A stretch of DNA of 64,000 bases from positions 43,028,001 through 43,092,000 of the forward strand of contig OZ024752.1 of NCBI GenBank assembly GCA_964016885.1, read 5' to 3'. Of the stretch, positions 31,475 to 46,260 are shown one piece after another (position 1 is the stretch's first letter; every line of letters begins with the position of its first letter). The notes below the pieces were generated by a model that saw nothing but the letters and a program-made list of their open reading frames with translations, was not told where the DNA came from and did no database searches. Made by a program: the position numbers and the translations under genes. The DNA comes from Eledone cirrhosa. Its lineage: Eukaryota.

Positions 31475-32268
31475 GCACGGAAAATATATTTAAGGGTCTG
31501 TTTTTCTTCTTTTATCCCTTCTTTGATTCATCAAAGTGACATCATTGAAAAGATGACATTATTGAAAAAATGAGAGGGACAATTCTTTTTTAAAAAAAGT
31601 TTTATAAACTATATAAAGTATATAAAGCATATAAAGTATATAAAGCATATAAAGTATATAAAGTATATAAAGTATATAAAGTATATAAAGCATATAAAGT
31701 ATATAAAGTATATAATGTATATAAAGCATATAAAGTATATAAAGCATATAAAGTATATAAAGTATATAAAGCATATAAAGTATATAAAGTATATAAAGTA
31801 TATAAAGCATATAAAGCATATAAAGTATATAAAGTATATAAAGTATATAAAGTATATAATGTATATAAAGTATATAAAGCATATAAAGTATATAAAGCAT
31901 ATAAAGTATATAAAGCATATAAAGTATATAAAGTATATAAAGTATATAAAGCATATAAAGTATATAAAGTATATAATGTATATAAAGCATATAAAGTATA
32001 TAAAGTATATAAAGTATATAAAGCATATAAAGCATATAAAGTATATAAAGCATATAAAGCATATAAAGTATATAAAGTATATAAAATATATAAAGTATAT
32101 AAATCATATAAAGTATATAAAGTATATAATGTATATAAAGCATATAAAGTATATAAAGTATATAAAGTATATAAAGCATATAAAGTATATAAAGCATATA
32201 AAGCATATAAAGCATATAAAGTATATAAAGTATATAAAGCATATAAAGTATATAAAGTATATAAAGTA
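31475..32268 (-). repeat. ~150-bp dispersed repeat with an expanded 9-bp array (TATAAAGTA/TATAAAGCA)n
   Basis: 31475-31620 is the reverse complement of 25016-25172. The 9-mer is present about twice there and about 70 times here. Confidence 0.85.
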
Positions 32269-32976
32269 TTACCGGTTTCGATGTATTATTAAAATCCATC
32301 TTATCAAATGTTGAGTATTGAAATAAAAATTAAAAAGAATTAATATGAGTTAAAAACTAAAAATTAAAGATTTAAAATTAAAGTAAGTTTTCTTCCATCT
32401 TTCTTGCTCAAAATTTGGCTGGAGAATGAGTTCTTGGTGGTAGTGAAGATAGCTATCTATCTTCACACCTGTGTTGTCTGAGGGCCACACACACAACTAA
32501 TTGCCCACATTACAACTATTTTTTTTTATTTTATATTACGAAGATAAAATATGCTTGCGCTGTAAAAACAAACATTTGTGCTGGCCGTAGATATGCTTGT
32601 AAAGGGCCGCATGTTTGGCATGCCCTGACTAAAGGAAGGGAATGGGTAAAGAAATACTGGACACAAAATACTATCTTAGATATCTAAGCCTATATATACA
32701 GAGTTTTAGAACAGGTGAAACAACAAATAGGTGCAAAGAGTGTAAAACTCTAACCAGATACAGAAAGAATGTTTCGTGTCTGCTTTAGGGCATAGAGTTA
32801 CGGCCTTTCGGAGACTTTCTAGATGCAAAAACATGTTCATTAGTGACCATTAAGGGCCTTCTAAATACACAAAGATGTATATATATAGTGTGCCCTGTAA
32901 ATATCCCGGAATGTATATAAGCGATATGCAACACCAGTCCTTCTGATAGATCAGTAATTCCGGTTAAGTACTGACT

Positions 32977-33180
32977 TCTATCTATCTATCTAAGGCGGGT
33001 AAAATTCCCGAGATCCATGGACGAGTTCTCTCCAGCGGTCTCTGTCCCTCATTATCGCTGCCATATCCTGCATCTCCAACAGACCAGTGTCTGTCCTTAG
33101 GGCATCAACATATGTTAACCTTGGTCTTCCTCTTCTAGTGTGTCCATGTAGGGGCTCCCAAAGGAGAACTGAGTGCAATG
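32977..33180 (-). mobile_element. RTE-clade LINE 3' fragment
   Basis: LLWEPLHGHTRRGRPRLTYVDAL..DTGL...MRDRDRWRELV is the typical RTE C-terminus. The stop codon runs into a short (TAGA)n tail. Confidence 0.8.
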
Positions 33181-33606
33181 TACTGACTTGAACTATGATA
33201 ATCTGTCCAATTCTTGCTAGCAAAGAAAACCGGCGTTAAATGATGAAGATACAGGCACACGCATATACACACATATATATGTATATGTATATGTGTGAGT
33301 GAATGTTTGTGTGTATACGTATATGCATGTGTGTATGTGATTCTATGTAGATAGTGTGATGAATGAGTGCCATTTTCTTTGAGAATCGATGAAGGAATGA
33401 TGGGGGAATTATTTCAATTGGGTCTTCTGTTATTAATATATTATATTTTTCTCCAGAATATTCTTTTATTGAATGAAGAATTATTGGAAGATCGAGTGGG
33501 GTTTTATAATCAAAACAAAAACAAAAAAAAGGCAGAAATGAAAACTAAGCTAAATATGAAAGAACTTGGTGCATATATATATATATATATATACATATAT
33601 ATGTGT

Positions 33607-33681
<75 letters not shown>

Positions 33682-34830
33682 TATTTATATATACATATAC
33701 ATATAAAGATATATATGTGCAAACATATATGTGTATATATATATATATATGTGTCTGTGTTTTTTTTGTGTGTATACGCATATATATATAGAGAGAGAGA
33801 GGGGGGAGATAGGGGATATAAAGGGAAGAAATATCCAGTTGTTCACAATCGAAGATTTATGACAATCTGTGAAATAGATCGCTTCCGCTTCACATGATTT
33901 CGCACCAATGAAATTAGGGGAAATTTTGTCTTCTTAAGTTTTCTTTCTATTTTTTTATTGGCAGCCATTTTGTTGAAGCTATTGTTATTGCTGTTGTTGC
34001 TTTTGCTATTGTTGTTGTAGCTAGTGTGATTGTTGTTGTTGTTGTTGTTAATGATGTTATTGCTGCTGTTATTGTTATTAGACTTTAGTGTTGTTTTCTG
34101 TTGTTTCTCGTTTGCTATTTCAATGGATGAATGTTTTCGCATTCACTAAAAGTGTCACCCAAAATGGCGGTAAAAAGCGTCTTGACTTCTTAACTTCGCC
34201 ATATTGTGAGATTCCGTGTATAGGAATATAAATTGCCCTGCGTTTAAAGCGGGGTTAATCTTATCAGCTATTTATCGAAGCACGGATAATACTTTGGGGA
34301 GAGAGGAATCTTTTTTATTTTCATTATCCTTGTTTTTCAACGATCGAAGAATTTTCCTGCATTGTAAGCCTCTATGCGTATGTGTATGTGTATGTATATG
34401 TGTGTATGTGTGTACGCGTTTGTTTGTGTGTGTGTGTACGTGTGTATGTATGTATGTATGTATGTATGTATGTATGTATGTATGTATGTATGTTTGTGTG
34501 TGTGTATGTGTGTATGTATGTATGTATGTTTGTGTGTGTGTGTGTATGTATGTTTGTGTGTGTGTGTGTATGTATGTTTGTGTGTGTGTGTGTATGTGTG
34601 TACGCGTTTGTTTGTGTGTGTGTGTACGTGTGTATGTATGTATGTATGTTTGTGTGTGTTTATGTATGTATGTTTGTGTGTGTGTATGTGTGTATGTATG
34701 TATGTATGTTTGTGTGTGTGTGTGTATGTATGTTTGTGTGTGTGTGTGTATGTGTGTACGCGTTTGTTTGTGTGTGTGTGTACATGTGTATGTATGTATG
34801 TATGTTTGTGTGTGTGTATGTATGTATGTT

Positions 34831-34986
<156 letters not shown>

Positions 34987-35145
34987 TCGTATATGTGCGT
35001 CGTGTGTCTATGTGTATGTGTGATTCTGTGACTTTATGTTTGAATTCCAATAGACTGAAGAACAGTATATTCATACACACATACAAATAAATGTGAGCGT
35101 TTGAATTTATATAATGTAAACCAATGTGATATATATGTGTGTGTC

Positions 35146-35248
<103 letters not shown>

Positions 35249-35281
35249 GTGCGTGCGTGTGTGCGTGCGTGTGTGCGTGTG

Positions 35282-35378
<97 letters not shown>

Positions 35379-35889
35379 TTCTAGTAGAACGCAAACTCAA
35401 CAAAGCAATGCAACTGCACTAAGAGAGACGACTGCCCACTTAATATTAAATACCATGTGATGAAAATCTCGTGTACAAATGCAGTGTTTAAACTAAACCA
35501 GTCCGACAAAGCATACATAGGCCTCATGGCATGTTAATTCAAAACAAGATTCTACTAGCATCTATACACGTTTCGTAACCTAACGGTAGTGAATTATAGA
35601 AACGAACTTACATTAACAAACCATTTAGAACAAGGACTAATTTCCAAGATAAGGTAGCATGAAAGTAAATACCAGCCAATATCGCTTTCATAAGCATCAA
35701 TTTTTATTGAGTTGTGTCGGGGGGGGGGGGGGGTAAACAGTTTCAAAAGGTACTCAATGCATTGGTAGAGTAAAGTCATCTTTATTATATATAGACATGA
35801 CGTATACAGGACTAGAACTGTAGATAATTTCATACTAATGAAATAGTTCTAGTATTGTAGAAGTCGTTTTTATATATATATATATATAT

Positions 35890-36001
<112 letters not shown>

Positions 36002-36076
36002 TATTTATATACATATATATATATATATACCTGCTATGGTTATGTAGCTTCTAATTGAATGGAAGGAAGCCTAGGT

Positions 36077-36147
36077 GGCGTGTCGGTGGAATGGTAACAC
36101 ATTGGAAGGGAAAACCAAAGGTGTGGGTTCGTGTCCCATGTACGTCA
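36077..36147 (+). pseudogene. tRNA-like cloverleaf (pseudo-tRNA or SINE head)
   Basis: Acceptor GGCGTGT/GTACGTC (G-U rich), D arm GTG-GAATGGTAA-CAC, TTGG/CCAA arm, T arm GTGGG-TTCGTGT-CCCAT, and a downstream T run. Confidence 0.5.
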
Positions 36148-37137
36148 ATACTTATCCTTTTTTTTCCATTCAGAGATTTTTTAAAATCCCAACTAACTGA
36201 CTAATTCTATTTAGTCAAATACGGCGTAAGCTCATGTTGCTACCTAATTTTCAAATTCGCTAGCTGTTTGTAAACAAAGCCTGCTTTGTGTCTCCCTATT
36301 TATATATATATATGTGTGTGTGTGCATGTATTCATATATACATACATATATATATTTGTGTGTGTACGTATATACACATATATATGCTTATATATGTGTG
36401 TGTTTGTGTTTGAATTTGAATCAATCTGTGTGTCTCTGTCTGTGTGTGGGTGCGTGTGTATCTATGTTTGAGTGAGTGTCTGTATGTGTGTCTGGCTGTC
36501 TTTGTGTGTGTGTGTATATGTGTGTGAGTGTGTTTGTTTGTGTTTGAGTCAGTATGTGTCTGTCTGTGTGTGTGTGTGAGTGTGTGTGCTTGTGTTTGAG
36601 TCAGTATGTGTCTGTGTATTATGTGTGCTTGTGTTTGAGTCAGTGTGTGTGTGTGTATCTGTCTCTGTGTGTGTGTCGGTCTCTGCCTGCCTGTGTGTGT
36701 ATGTGTGTGTGTGTGTGTGTGCTTGTGTTTGAGTCAGTGTGTGTATGCATCTGTCTCTCTGTGTGTCTATGTGTGTATGTGTGTGTATGTGTGTGTGTGC
36801 TTGTGTTTGAGTCAGTGTTTGTGTGTATCTGTCTCTGTGTGTGTCTATGTGTGTATGTGTATTCATCTTTGAGTGAATGTGTGTATTCCATAGTTGTTTT
36901 CTATGGTGGAAAATTGTATTTGTTCGGCTCAATAAAAGAATAAAAGAATAATAGAATGGAAAGAATAAACGAATCTCTCGCCTTGTTTTGTATTCCCAGT
37001 AAGAATCGATAAATAAATGTGAAGTAGACTACTTATGTCTTTTCTAAAGTAGTTTATGGCTACAAGGTGTCACTCTTGGAGTGAATGGATCGTAATATCA
37101 TTGCAAGAACGCTGTATATATATATATATATGTGTGT

Positions 37138-37193
<56 letters not shown>

Positions 37194-37319
37194 GTACGTA
37201 TGTATGTATATGTATATATATATGTATATATATATATAATTTATATATTATATATATCATATATATATATTATATATATCATATATATATATACATATAT
37301 ATATATGTGTGTGTATATA

Positions 37320-37389
<70 letters not shown>

Positions 37390-37473
37390 TATATACATAC
37401 ATGTATGTATATATATATAAATATATACATATATATATGTATATATATATATATATAAGTGCATACATACATG

Positions 37474-37523
<50 letters not shown>

Positions 37524-38323
37524 TGTGTGTCAATGTACTTACGTTTTCTTTTCCCGTTTATCTCCCTTTATTAACCTCTTCAAACTTCATTCTCCTTCTG
37601 TTCTTCATTGTCTTTTTTCTTTATTTTTACTTTCCGTATTTCTTTTTTATATATTTCATAATCTTCAATAAAATTAAAGAATCAATTTGTGTTTGTGTGC
37701 GCGTGTGTGTGTGTGTGCATATATATGTGTGTGTACAATAGTTAGTTCGCGTTAACATTAATTCTCAACGCTTGGAGACATAATTTCAAAAATACCAGTA
37801 ATACAATATAGACCAAACATTCCGTTACTGAATATTTTCGGATATTCGAATATACAGCAGCGTTTTAATCAAGAATCTAGGCCCGAAATATTTGAGATGC
37901 CTATATAGAGGTGATGTTCTATATAGGTGATGGCATATAAAGTTGTAATGGCCTCTATAGGGACGATGGCATATATATCTGTGATGGCGTATATGATAAT
38001 GGTAATAATGGTGGCCTATATAGTGTTGACGGCTTATAGTATGTTGATGCCTTACATAGTGGTGGTGGTCTATATAGTGATGATGGCTTATATAGTGGTG
38101 ATGCTTATGGAGAGGCGTTATCTTTACAAAGTCCTCGTGTATCATTACATAACATGAGCGAAGACTTTCTGTCTTTATTATACGCACACATTCAATAATG
38201 TTCATGCTCAGCTGATAAATTTCCAATTTACTCTAAATGCCTCTTATCATGTACTTCCGTTTCACTGAACACCCTTCAATATAGTTTGGAGAGGTGCACC
38301 ATGTATTACAATATTATCAGTGT

Positions 38324-38395
<72 letters not shown>

Positions 38396-38412
38396 CGGTG
38401 GTGGTGGTAGTG

Positions 38413-38493
<81 letters not shown>

Positions 38494-38829
38494 AGAGGTC
38501 TTATTTGCATTTTTATTGTGTCGTCAGTGCATCATTACCAAGCATAGCTCTGTGTGTCCTGGGTATATGCAGTGTTGTTGCTTTCTTGGTGTTGTTATCT
38601 CTATCGTATTGAGAATACTCTTCGTATTATGTGTGCAACGTCTAGTAGTGCTATTTTCAGTATGTTTTAAGTCCTAGGGTTTTAGTTATGTATCTGTCTG
38701 CCTGCTGTTTTTATTATTCCCTGAGCACTTATTATAAGAATTGTTTCTGTTTTCGTCATCCACATTCGGGTTATTTCTATCTCCAGATCTTTCTATTTGG
38801 ATAATTTATTTCTCCATTTCTTTGATAGA

Positions 38830-39117
38830 TAGATTTATTTCTTTATTTGCCACATGGGCGTACAAAAATGGGACATTACAAGACGTGACGGCGGGGGTTT
38901 TACGTAAAATATTTAACAATAAGGGATGATAATGAATTATATATATAAAATAAAAATAAAACAATTAGGGGGGGGGTTACTGCGGGGTTGTTTTACACCC
39001 CGTGGATAGAACAACCCTCGACACCAGGAGCGCGTTTTGTAGGTGTTCCCGTCTTCCCTCTGTTTGTCTTCCTCAACCTATCGGTTTATATACAGAGAAG
39101 GCCCATTCACTTGGGCC

Positions 39118-39120
<3 letters not shown>
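38830..39120 (-). mobile_element. Tx1-like LINE 3' fragment flanked by (TAGA)n
   Basis: 39085-39118 matches the ORF2 end at 27415-27447, and the remainder matches the 3' UTR. Confidence 0.7.
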
Positions 39121-39171
<51 letters not shown>

Positions 39172-39185
39172 GGTCGTTTGTGGGA

Positions 39186-39520
<335 letters not shown>

Positions 39521-39530
39521 GTTATTACTA

Positions 39531-40210
39531 TTTGAGTCTCAGTCATTGATGTTAGTTAACTGGAAAGTTTGTTGAAATGAATATCAAGCCACTACCTGCA
39601 GCCTCAGATATTCAGGACGTATCAGAGGGTTCTTGCTGTTCCCAGCAAGCATGCCTTTTGAAGCGTTCCAAAAAGCGTGAAAGGGCCAATTTTCTTTAAC
39701 CATCCCTGGAAACTTTTTGAGATAGTCCCTAGTGTGCCTATGACAATCGGGATCACCTTGACTTCATGGCAGTTCCAAATCCTTTTTACCTCCCACTTTA
39801 AGTCCTGGTATCGGTTAATTTTCTCCCTCTCCTTCTCTTGCACTCTCGTGTCGAATGGGCAGGCAACATCTAGAATCAGGCACGATCTTTTTTCTTTGTC
39901 CACAACCACCAGGTCAGGTCTATTGTGTTTAAGTTTCTTGTCCGTCTGTATCCTAAAATCCCACAGCACCTTCACCTGATCGTTTTCTATCACCGCCTCT
40001 GGCTTATGCTCATACCACTTCTCAGAATGTGGTAAATTGTTTACTTTGCATAGGTGCCAGTGGATCACCCTGCCCATCACATCATGTCTCCAGCCCTTAT
40101 AGTGAGTCTGGGCTAGGTGTTTACACTCGGATACAATGTGAGCCACAGTCTCCTCTCTCTCTCCACAGATCCTGCACAGTGGGCTAGCCTCCTCCTTGTA
40201 GATATGGTGC
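39531..40210 (-). mobile_element. R4/Dong-clade LINE 3' fragment (CCHC knuckle plus RLE) in (TAA)n
   Basis: CRICGE..ETVAHIVSEC, RHD, RPDLVVVDK..ILDVACP, EKINRYQDL, LQKACLLGTARTL. (TAT)n tracts lie at both ends. Confidence 0.88.
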
Positions 40211-40221
40211 TTCTATGGTGC

Positions 40222-40301
<80 letters not shown>

Positions 40302-40966
40302 GTTGAAACTTCCTTTGAGTTCTGCTTCTTTCCAAACCACGCCGAGTGTCAACCTAGCACCTGAGGGAAAATTTGATAATACACACATTTTACAGTCAAT
40401 TGTTACAATTTTATTTCCTCTTTCGAATTAATCTGCTGTATTCAGCCCTGGGGAAGGATGGGCTCCGCCAGGTTTTTTTTTAAAATGTCAAATAAATGCT
40501 GTATGTCAATGCAGCACCCCTCAGACTCCTTCAGAAGTTATGGGAGTTATCGACCTTGATCAAACCTAGAAAACGATGGGCTCCGTTAGGTTTAAAACGC
40601 CCAAGACATGCGGTGCTGTAATGACAGGTAGATTTGGATAGTCAGACATATGGATAGGCAAGCAGACACCAATAAATGAATGAAAAGTGAATATAACAAC
40701 CATTTTTGTTTGTATCTGTGTTTTTAATGGCTAAAATTATTCCTTGGCTTCTATGATGTAATAGCTTCAACCAAACGTGGAATTGACTGCAACGCCGTGG
40801 AAATTACTGCAGGGAAATTAAACTGTTGACCCCAGGAGCTTTTTGTGCAAAACCTTATCAACTCCGCCATTTTGTTTCTACAAAATATTGTAATTTAGTG
40901 AGAAATTCTTCTTTTTGTTTTTCACTTACTAAATATATATATATATATAGACTCACACACACACAC

Positions 40967-41050
<84 letters not shown>

Positions 41051-41502
41051 TGTTTTCGTCATTAAATTTTGAGACGTGTGATGGAATATTCCTTGGTGTT
41101 CGATATTGATTCAGTGAGATAACGAAGAAAAAAACAAACGCATCAATGAAGAGAGAAATAAAACTTCAAAGATTTGATGCCTGGAGTAAAAGAAAAAACT
41201 GCTGATTCAATGAAACTTGTGATGTTGTGATTCTGGAAAAAAAACTGCGATGAAATTTTATTATGGTGGCTTGTTTTTATATTTTTACTGCTGGCTATTG
41301 AATTTAGTTCTAAAACCATTTGATACAAAATACAAAATACTATATTGTGTAAAGTTGTATATAGCGAGAAGTTGGATGGTGTGTTGTGACGGAGTGTGTG
41401 TGTTTGTGTCTGTATGTGTGTATGTGTGGTGTGTGTATGTGTGTGTGTGTGTGTGTATGTGTGTGTGTGTAGTAAGTGTTGGAGTATTGTGGTGTAATGA
41501 GT

Positions 41503-41533
<31 letters not shown>

Positions 41534-41680
41534 TGACACTGACTAGTGATATATGTGTGTGTGTCTGTATATGTGTGTGTGTGTGTTTTTGTGTGTATAT
41601 ATACATATATATACACATATATATATAGATACATATATATATACATATATATATCCATATACACATAAATATATTCATTT

Positions 41681-41731
<51 letters not shown>

Positions 41732-41861
41732 TATATACATATATATATTCATATATACATATATATATATACATATATATACATATATATATATATATAC
41801 ATATATATACATATATATATATATATACATATAGATACATATATATATATATATACATATA

Positions 41862-41975
41862 TGCAGAAGTTATATTTAATTTGTTGGGATTCCAACAAGC
41901 TTAAAAGTTTATAACTTATATAAAGCACTCAACAGTTTACTGGAGTAAATATTCAATATATTAATATATATTAAT
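41862..41975 (-). mobile_element. Family D 3' end
   Basis: The reverse complement matches 59520-59618 (TACTCCAG..GAGTGCT hairpin, then TTGTTG..CAACAA hairpin). It lies in (TA)n. Confidence 0.65.
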
Positions 41976-42005
41976 ATTCAATATATATATATATATGTAT
42001 GTATG

Positions 42006-42096
<91 letters not shown>

Positions 42097-42403
42097 TCAT
42101 GTGAGTAGAACCATTCTACATATCCCTCTTAAGATATATAGTTATAATAAATGTGTATATGAAATCATATACAATATGCTTACGTATAATGAACATACAT
42201 ATAGTGTCGCTGTGGCCCGTTTAAACTCTGATAGTGTAGCATTAAATACCTGGTGTTCCATGATTCGTATATATCTTCCAAGTTCTTATGAGAGATATTT
42301 TGCAACAAATCTCGCAAAAGTCAACTTGGTTATTATTTCCTGTCGGAATCGATAAAAGAAGAACCAGTTCAATACTGCTGCGGTCTATAATCTCTCTCTC
42401 TCT

Positions 42404-42483
<80 letters not shown>

Positions 42484-42636
42484 TCTCTCTCTCTCTCTCT
42501 CTCTCACACACTCTCTCTCACACTCTCTCTCACACTCTCTCTCACTCTCTCTCTCTCCCTCTCTCTCTCGTGTGTGGTCAGGCTTGTTGAGGGAGGGACT
42601 CTGCCATGTTTAATATATATATATATATATATATAT

Positions 42637-42822
42637 AGGAACAAGTAAGACCCCGACGGCTGAGCTCAAGCCGTTTCGACGGCGGCTAATTCTGTACTAA
42701 TTCGAAACGGCTTGAGCTCAGCCGTCGGTGTCTTACTTGTTCCTATTACCCACTCTACTACCCTAAGTATTGAGTACTTTGGTGCGTTATGGTCCACCTG
42801 GTTCCTTACCACATTTCCTTCG

Positions 42823-42824
<2 letters not shown>
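42637..42824 (+). mobile_element. Fold-back element family B
   Basis: Inverted arms plus family B body, in (TA)n. Confidence 0.8.
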
Positions 42825-42865
<41 letters not shown>

Positions 42866-42996
42866 AAAAAAACCACAGCCCCTCCATCTGTACTCTACTT
42901 TTGAAAAGCAGAAGAACTGCGAAACCGGTAAAGGAACCAAATAAATATATATTTTTTTTTTAAATAAAACTCCAGTTGCATTTTCGATTTCATCTT

Positions 42997-43050
<54 letters not shown>

Positions 43051-43057
<7 letters not shown>

Positions 43058-43229
43058 AATGGCATCTACAGGACTAGAATTGTTTCATTCGGAAGCCCTT
43101 CCTGATGATTTCTCCCGAATGAAACAGTTCTAGTCCTGTAGACGTCATTTCAATGTTAAATATTCATACTCTGCTATGTATTGAGTATCTTAGTTACTGT
43201 GGTTACTCCCGATTGAACCCGAGATAAAC
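43051..43229 (+). mobile_element. Family A element with complete hammerhead core at 43098-43144
   Basis: CTTC-CTGATGA-TTTC TCCC GAAT-GAAACAG-TTCTAGTC-CTGTA^GACG, with an inverted arm at 43051-43092, in (TA)n. Confidence 0.85.
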
Positions 43230-43345
43230 ATATATATATATATATGGTGGTGCCCCAGCATGGCCTCAGTCTGTTAGCTGGAACACGCGATAGATAAATA
43301 GACTATATATACGTATAAAGAGTCTTGCTAAACAAATTCAGAAAC

Positions 43346-43401
<56 letters not shown>

Positions 43402-43479
43402 TGTGTGTGTGTGTGTGTGTATATATAAGTATATATATATCTAGATATATATATCACGATACATTAACGGAACCATAGA

Positions 43480-43540
<61 letters not shown>

Positions 43541-43591
43541 TTTACAGTCTATATATAATTTATGTGTCTATTTTCATGATTTTTATGTTAG

Positions 43592-43646
<55 letters not shown>

Positions 43647-43844
43647 TTAGCTGTTGTTGTTGTCGTTGTTTTCCGTTGTCAACGCTATTCCAAAAGTGTG
43701 AGCGTAATGGAATAACATTTTACCATATTCTCTGAATTAGCGGAATCACATTCAATGTGCTAGCTGTAACACTTCTCAAAAAGTCCATTACTTATTGAAG
43801 ACTGTCTTGAAAAATCTCATAAATAATAAAACATACACACATAC

Positions 43845-43932
<88 letters not shown>

Positions 43933-43972
43933 ATATAAATATATATATCATATATATATATATGTATTTATA

Positions 43973-44021
<49 letters not shown>

Positions 44022-44034
44022 GTGGGTGTGTATG

Positions 44035-44114
<80 letters not shown>

Positions 44115-44282
44115 TATGTATATATATATATGTGTATATATATATTATATATATATATGTATTTATATGTATATGTGTATATATATATATATATATACGT
44201 GGGTGTGTGTATATATATATATATATAATATATATATGTATTTATATGTATATGTGTATATATATATATATACGTGGGTGTG

Positions 44283-44326
<44 letters not shown>

Positions 44327-44385
44327 TATATGTGTGTGTGTGGGGGAAAGATAGATTGATAAAGATAGACATATATGGGTGTATA

Positions 44386-44430
<45 letters not shown>

Positions 44431-44513
44431 ATGTATGTGTGTATATATATATATGTATATATACATGCACACATACACATATATATATATATGTGTGTGT
44501 GTATGTGTGTGTA

Positions 44514-44597
<84 letters not shown>

Positions 44598-44599
<2 letters not shown>

Positions 44600-44787
44600 G
44601 TTATTCCGGGTTGAATCGGAGGTAACCACAGTAAGTAAGGTACTCAATACATAGCAGAGTATAAAAGTTTTAATATAGATGAGATTCTACAGGACTAGAA
44701 CTGTTCCATTCTTTAGAAATCATCTGGATTCCTGATGATTTCTAAAGAATGAAACAGTTCTAGTCCTGTAGAATCTCATCTATATTA
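44598..44787 (-). mobile_element. Family A fold-back element; intact hammerhead on the + arm at 44727-44775
   Basis: GATTC-CTGATGA-TTTC TAAA GAAT-GAAACAG-TTCTAGTC-CTGTA^GAATC. Confidence 0.85.
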
Positions 44788-44822
44788 TATATATATATAT
44801 ATGTATATATACACGCACACAT

Positions 44823-44853
<31 letters not shown>

Positions 44854-44864
44854 CACGCACACAT

Positions 44865-44944
<80 letters not shown>

Positions 44945-44945
44945 G

Positions 44946-44980
<35 letters not shown>

Positions 44981-45343
44981 GCGTGCGTGTGTGTATGTGT
45001 AAGTATATCTATATGCCTATAAGCGCTAACGCATGGATTTGTCTGAACCTGTGTATATCTGTATTTGTCTGTCATGAATGTTTGTGCATCTCTATCACAT
45101 ATTAGTATGAATACAACCTATTGAGAAACTTTTTCTCCAACGACGTAGGAGACAAATGCATATATATAAATATATAGTATGTATGTATGTATGTATGTAT
45201 CTATATAGAGAGACACACAGACAGAAACATTCGTTGTGATAAATGTATGAAGCATATAAAATGCTGTATATGCTACTGGAAAATATTTTTAAAAAATTGG
45301 TCTTCTATTATTTAAGAGATATATACATTATTTAATATGTGTA

Positions 45344-45403
<60 letters not shown>

Positions 45404-45650
45404 GAAGTGTCGATTAAGAGTCGAGATCCGATCGCAAGATCAAACCCGAGCTGATAGATATAGAAAGAATTGTAATATGAAATATAGTTTACAAAAAGCT
45501 GCAATTCTTATTCTTACTTTAAATACACCACTCAGTAAACTAGAGCTGCCTTAAACCTAGAGCACAATCCAACGAGAGACAGACCCAGTAACAGGGCTTT
45601 GACCAGCGTCACTGCTAGAAACTACAAGTTTTTCATTATATATATATATA

Positions 45651-45857
45651 TAGGAACGAGTAGGACCCCAACGGCTGACCTCAAGCCGCTTCGACGGCTA
45701 ATTCTGGACTAAAATGTTTTAGTCCAGAATTAGCCGTCGAAACGGCTTGAGCTCAGCCGTCGGGGTCCTACTCGTTCCTATTACCCACTCTACTACCCTA
45801 AGTATTGAGTACTTTGGTGCGTTATGGTCCATCTGGTTCCTTACCACATTTCCTTCG

Positions 45858-45860
<3 letters not shown>
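45651..45860 (+). mobile_element. Fold-back element family B
   Basis: Arms centred at AAAATGTTTT. GAAAC at 45739, GTC^GGGG at 45759-45765. Confidence 0.8.
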
Positions 45861-45902
<42 letters not shown>

Positions 45903-45943
45903 GAATTCTACCGCGTAGTGACTAGTCACTTCCACTATTATAG

Positions 45944-46054
45944 GCTTTCTGATGAAGTGTAATAAATAATTAAGTATTGCATATGATTGAACAATACATA
46001 TTGTAGTCAGCATATGTAGACAATTATAATAGACACTGAAACATATGTTAAAGC
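45944..46054 (+). ncRNA. Type I hammerhead motif with extended stem II (family J)
   Basis: GCTTT-CTGATGA-AGTGT...(~70 nt)...ACACT-GAAA-CATATG-TT^AAAGC. Stem I and the base of stem II are perfect, and stem III is the palindrome ACATATGT. Confidence 0.7.
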
Positions 46055-46260
46055 AAATTGATTCTTAATCTCCTTCACATCGACGTTTTATTTTTCTTGG
46101 TACAATAGTTGCTTATATATATATATATGTAGATAAATCTACCAAAATATACGGTAGTCTCCAATCCGTATGAAGAACTCAATGTAATCCAAATATCATT
46201 AAAAGAGAAGATGTATTCAAAATTTTTTCGATGAAAAACACAGGAAAACAGAGTCAAGAT

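Noticed and set aside
32750-32850. Degenerate minus-strand hammerhead-like motif
   Set aside because: The core is mutated (CTAATGA) and there is no convincing stem I.
33880-34360. YY1-like motifs (CAAAATGGCGG, GCCATTTTG) suggesting a promoter; similar at 40865
   Set aside because: Short motifs only, with no linked first exon or transcript evidence.
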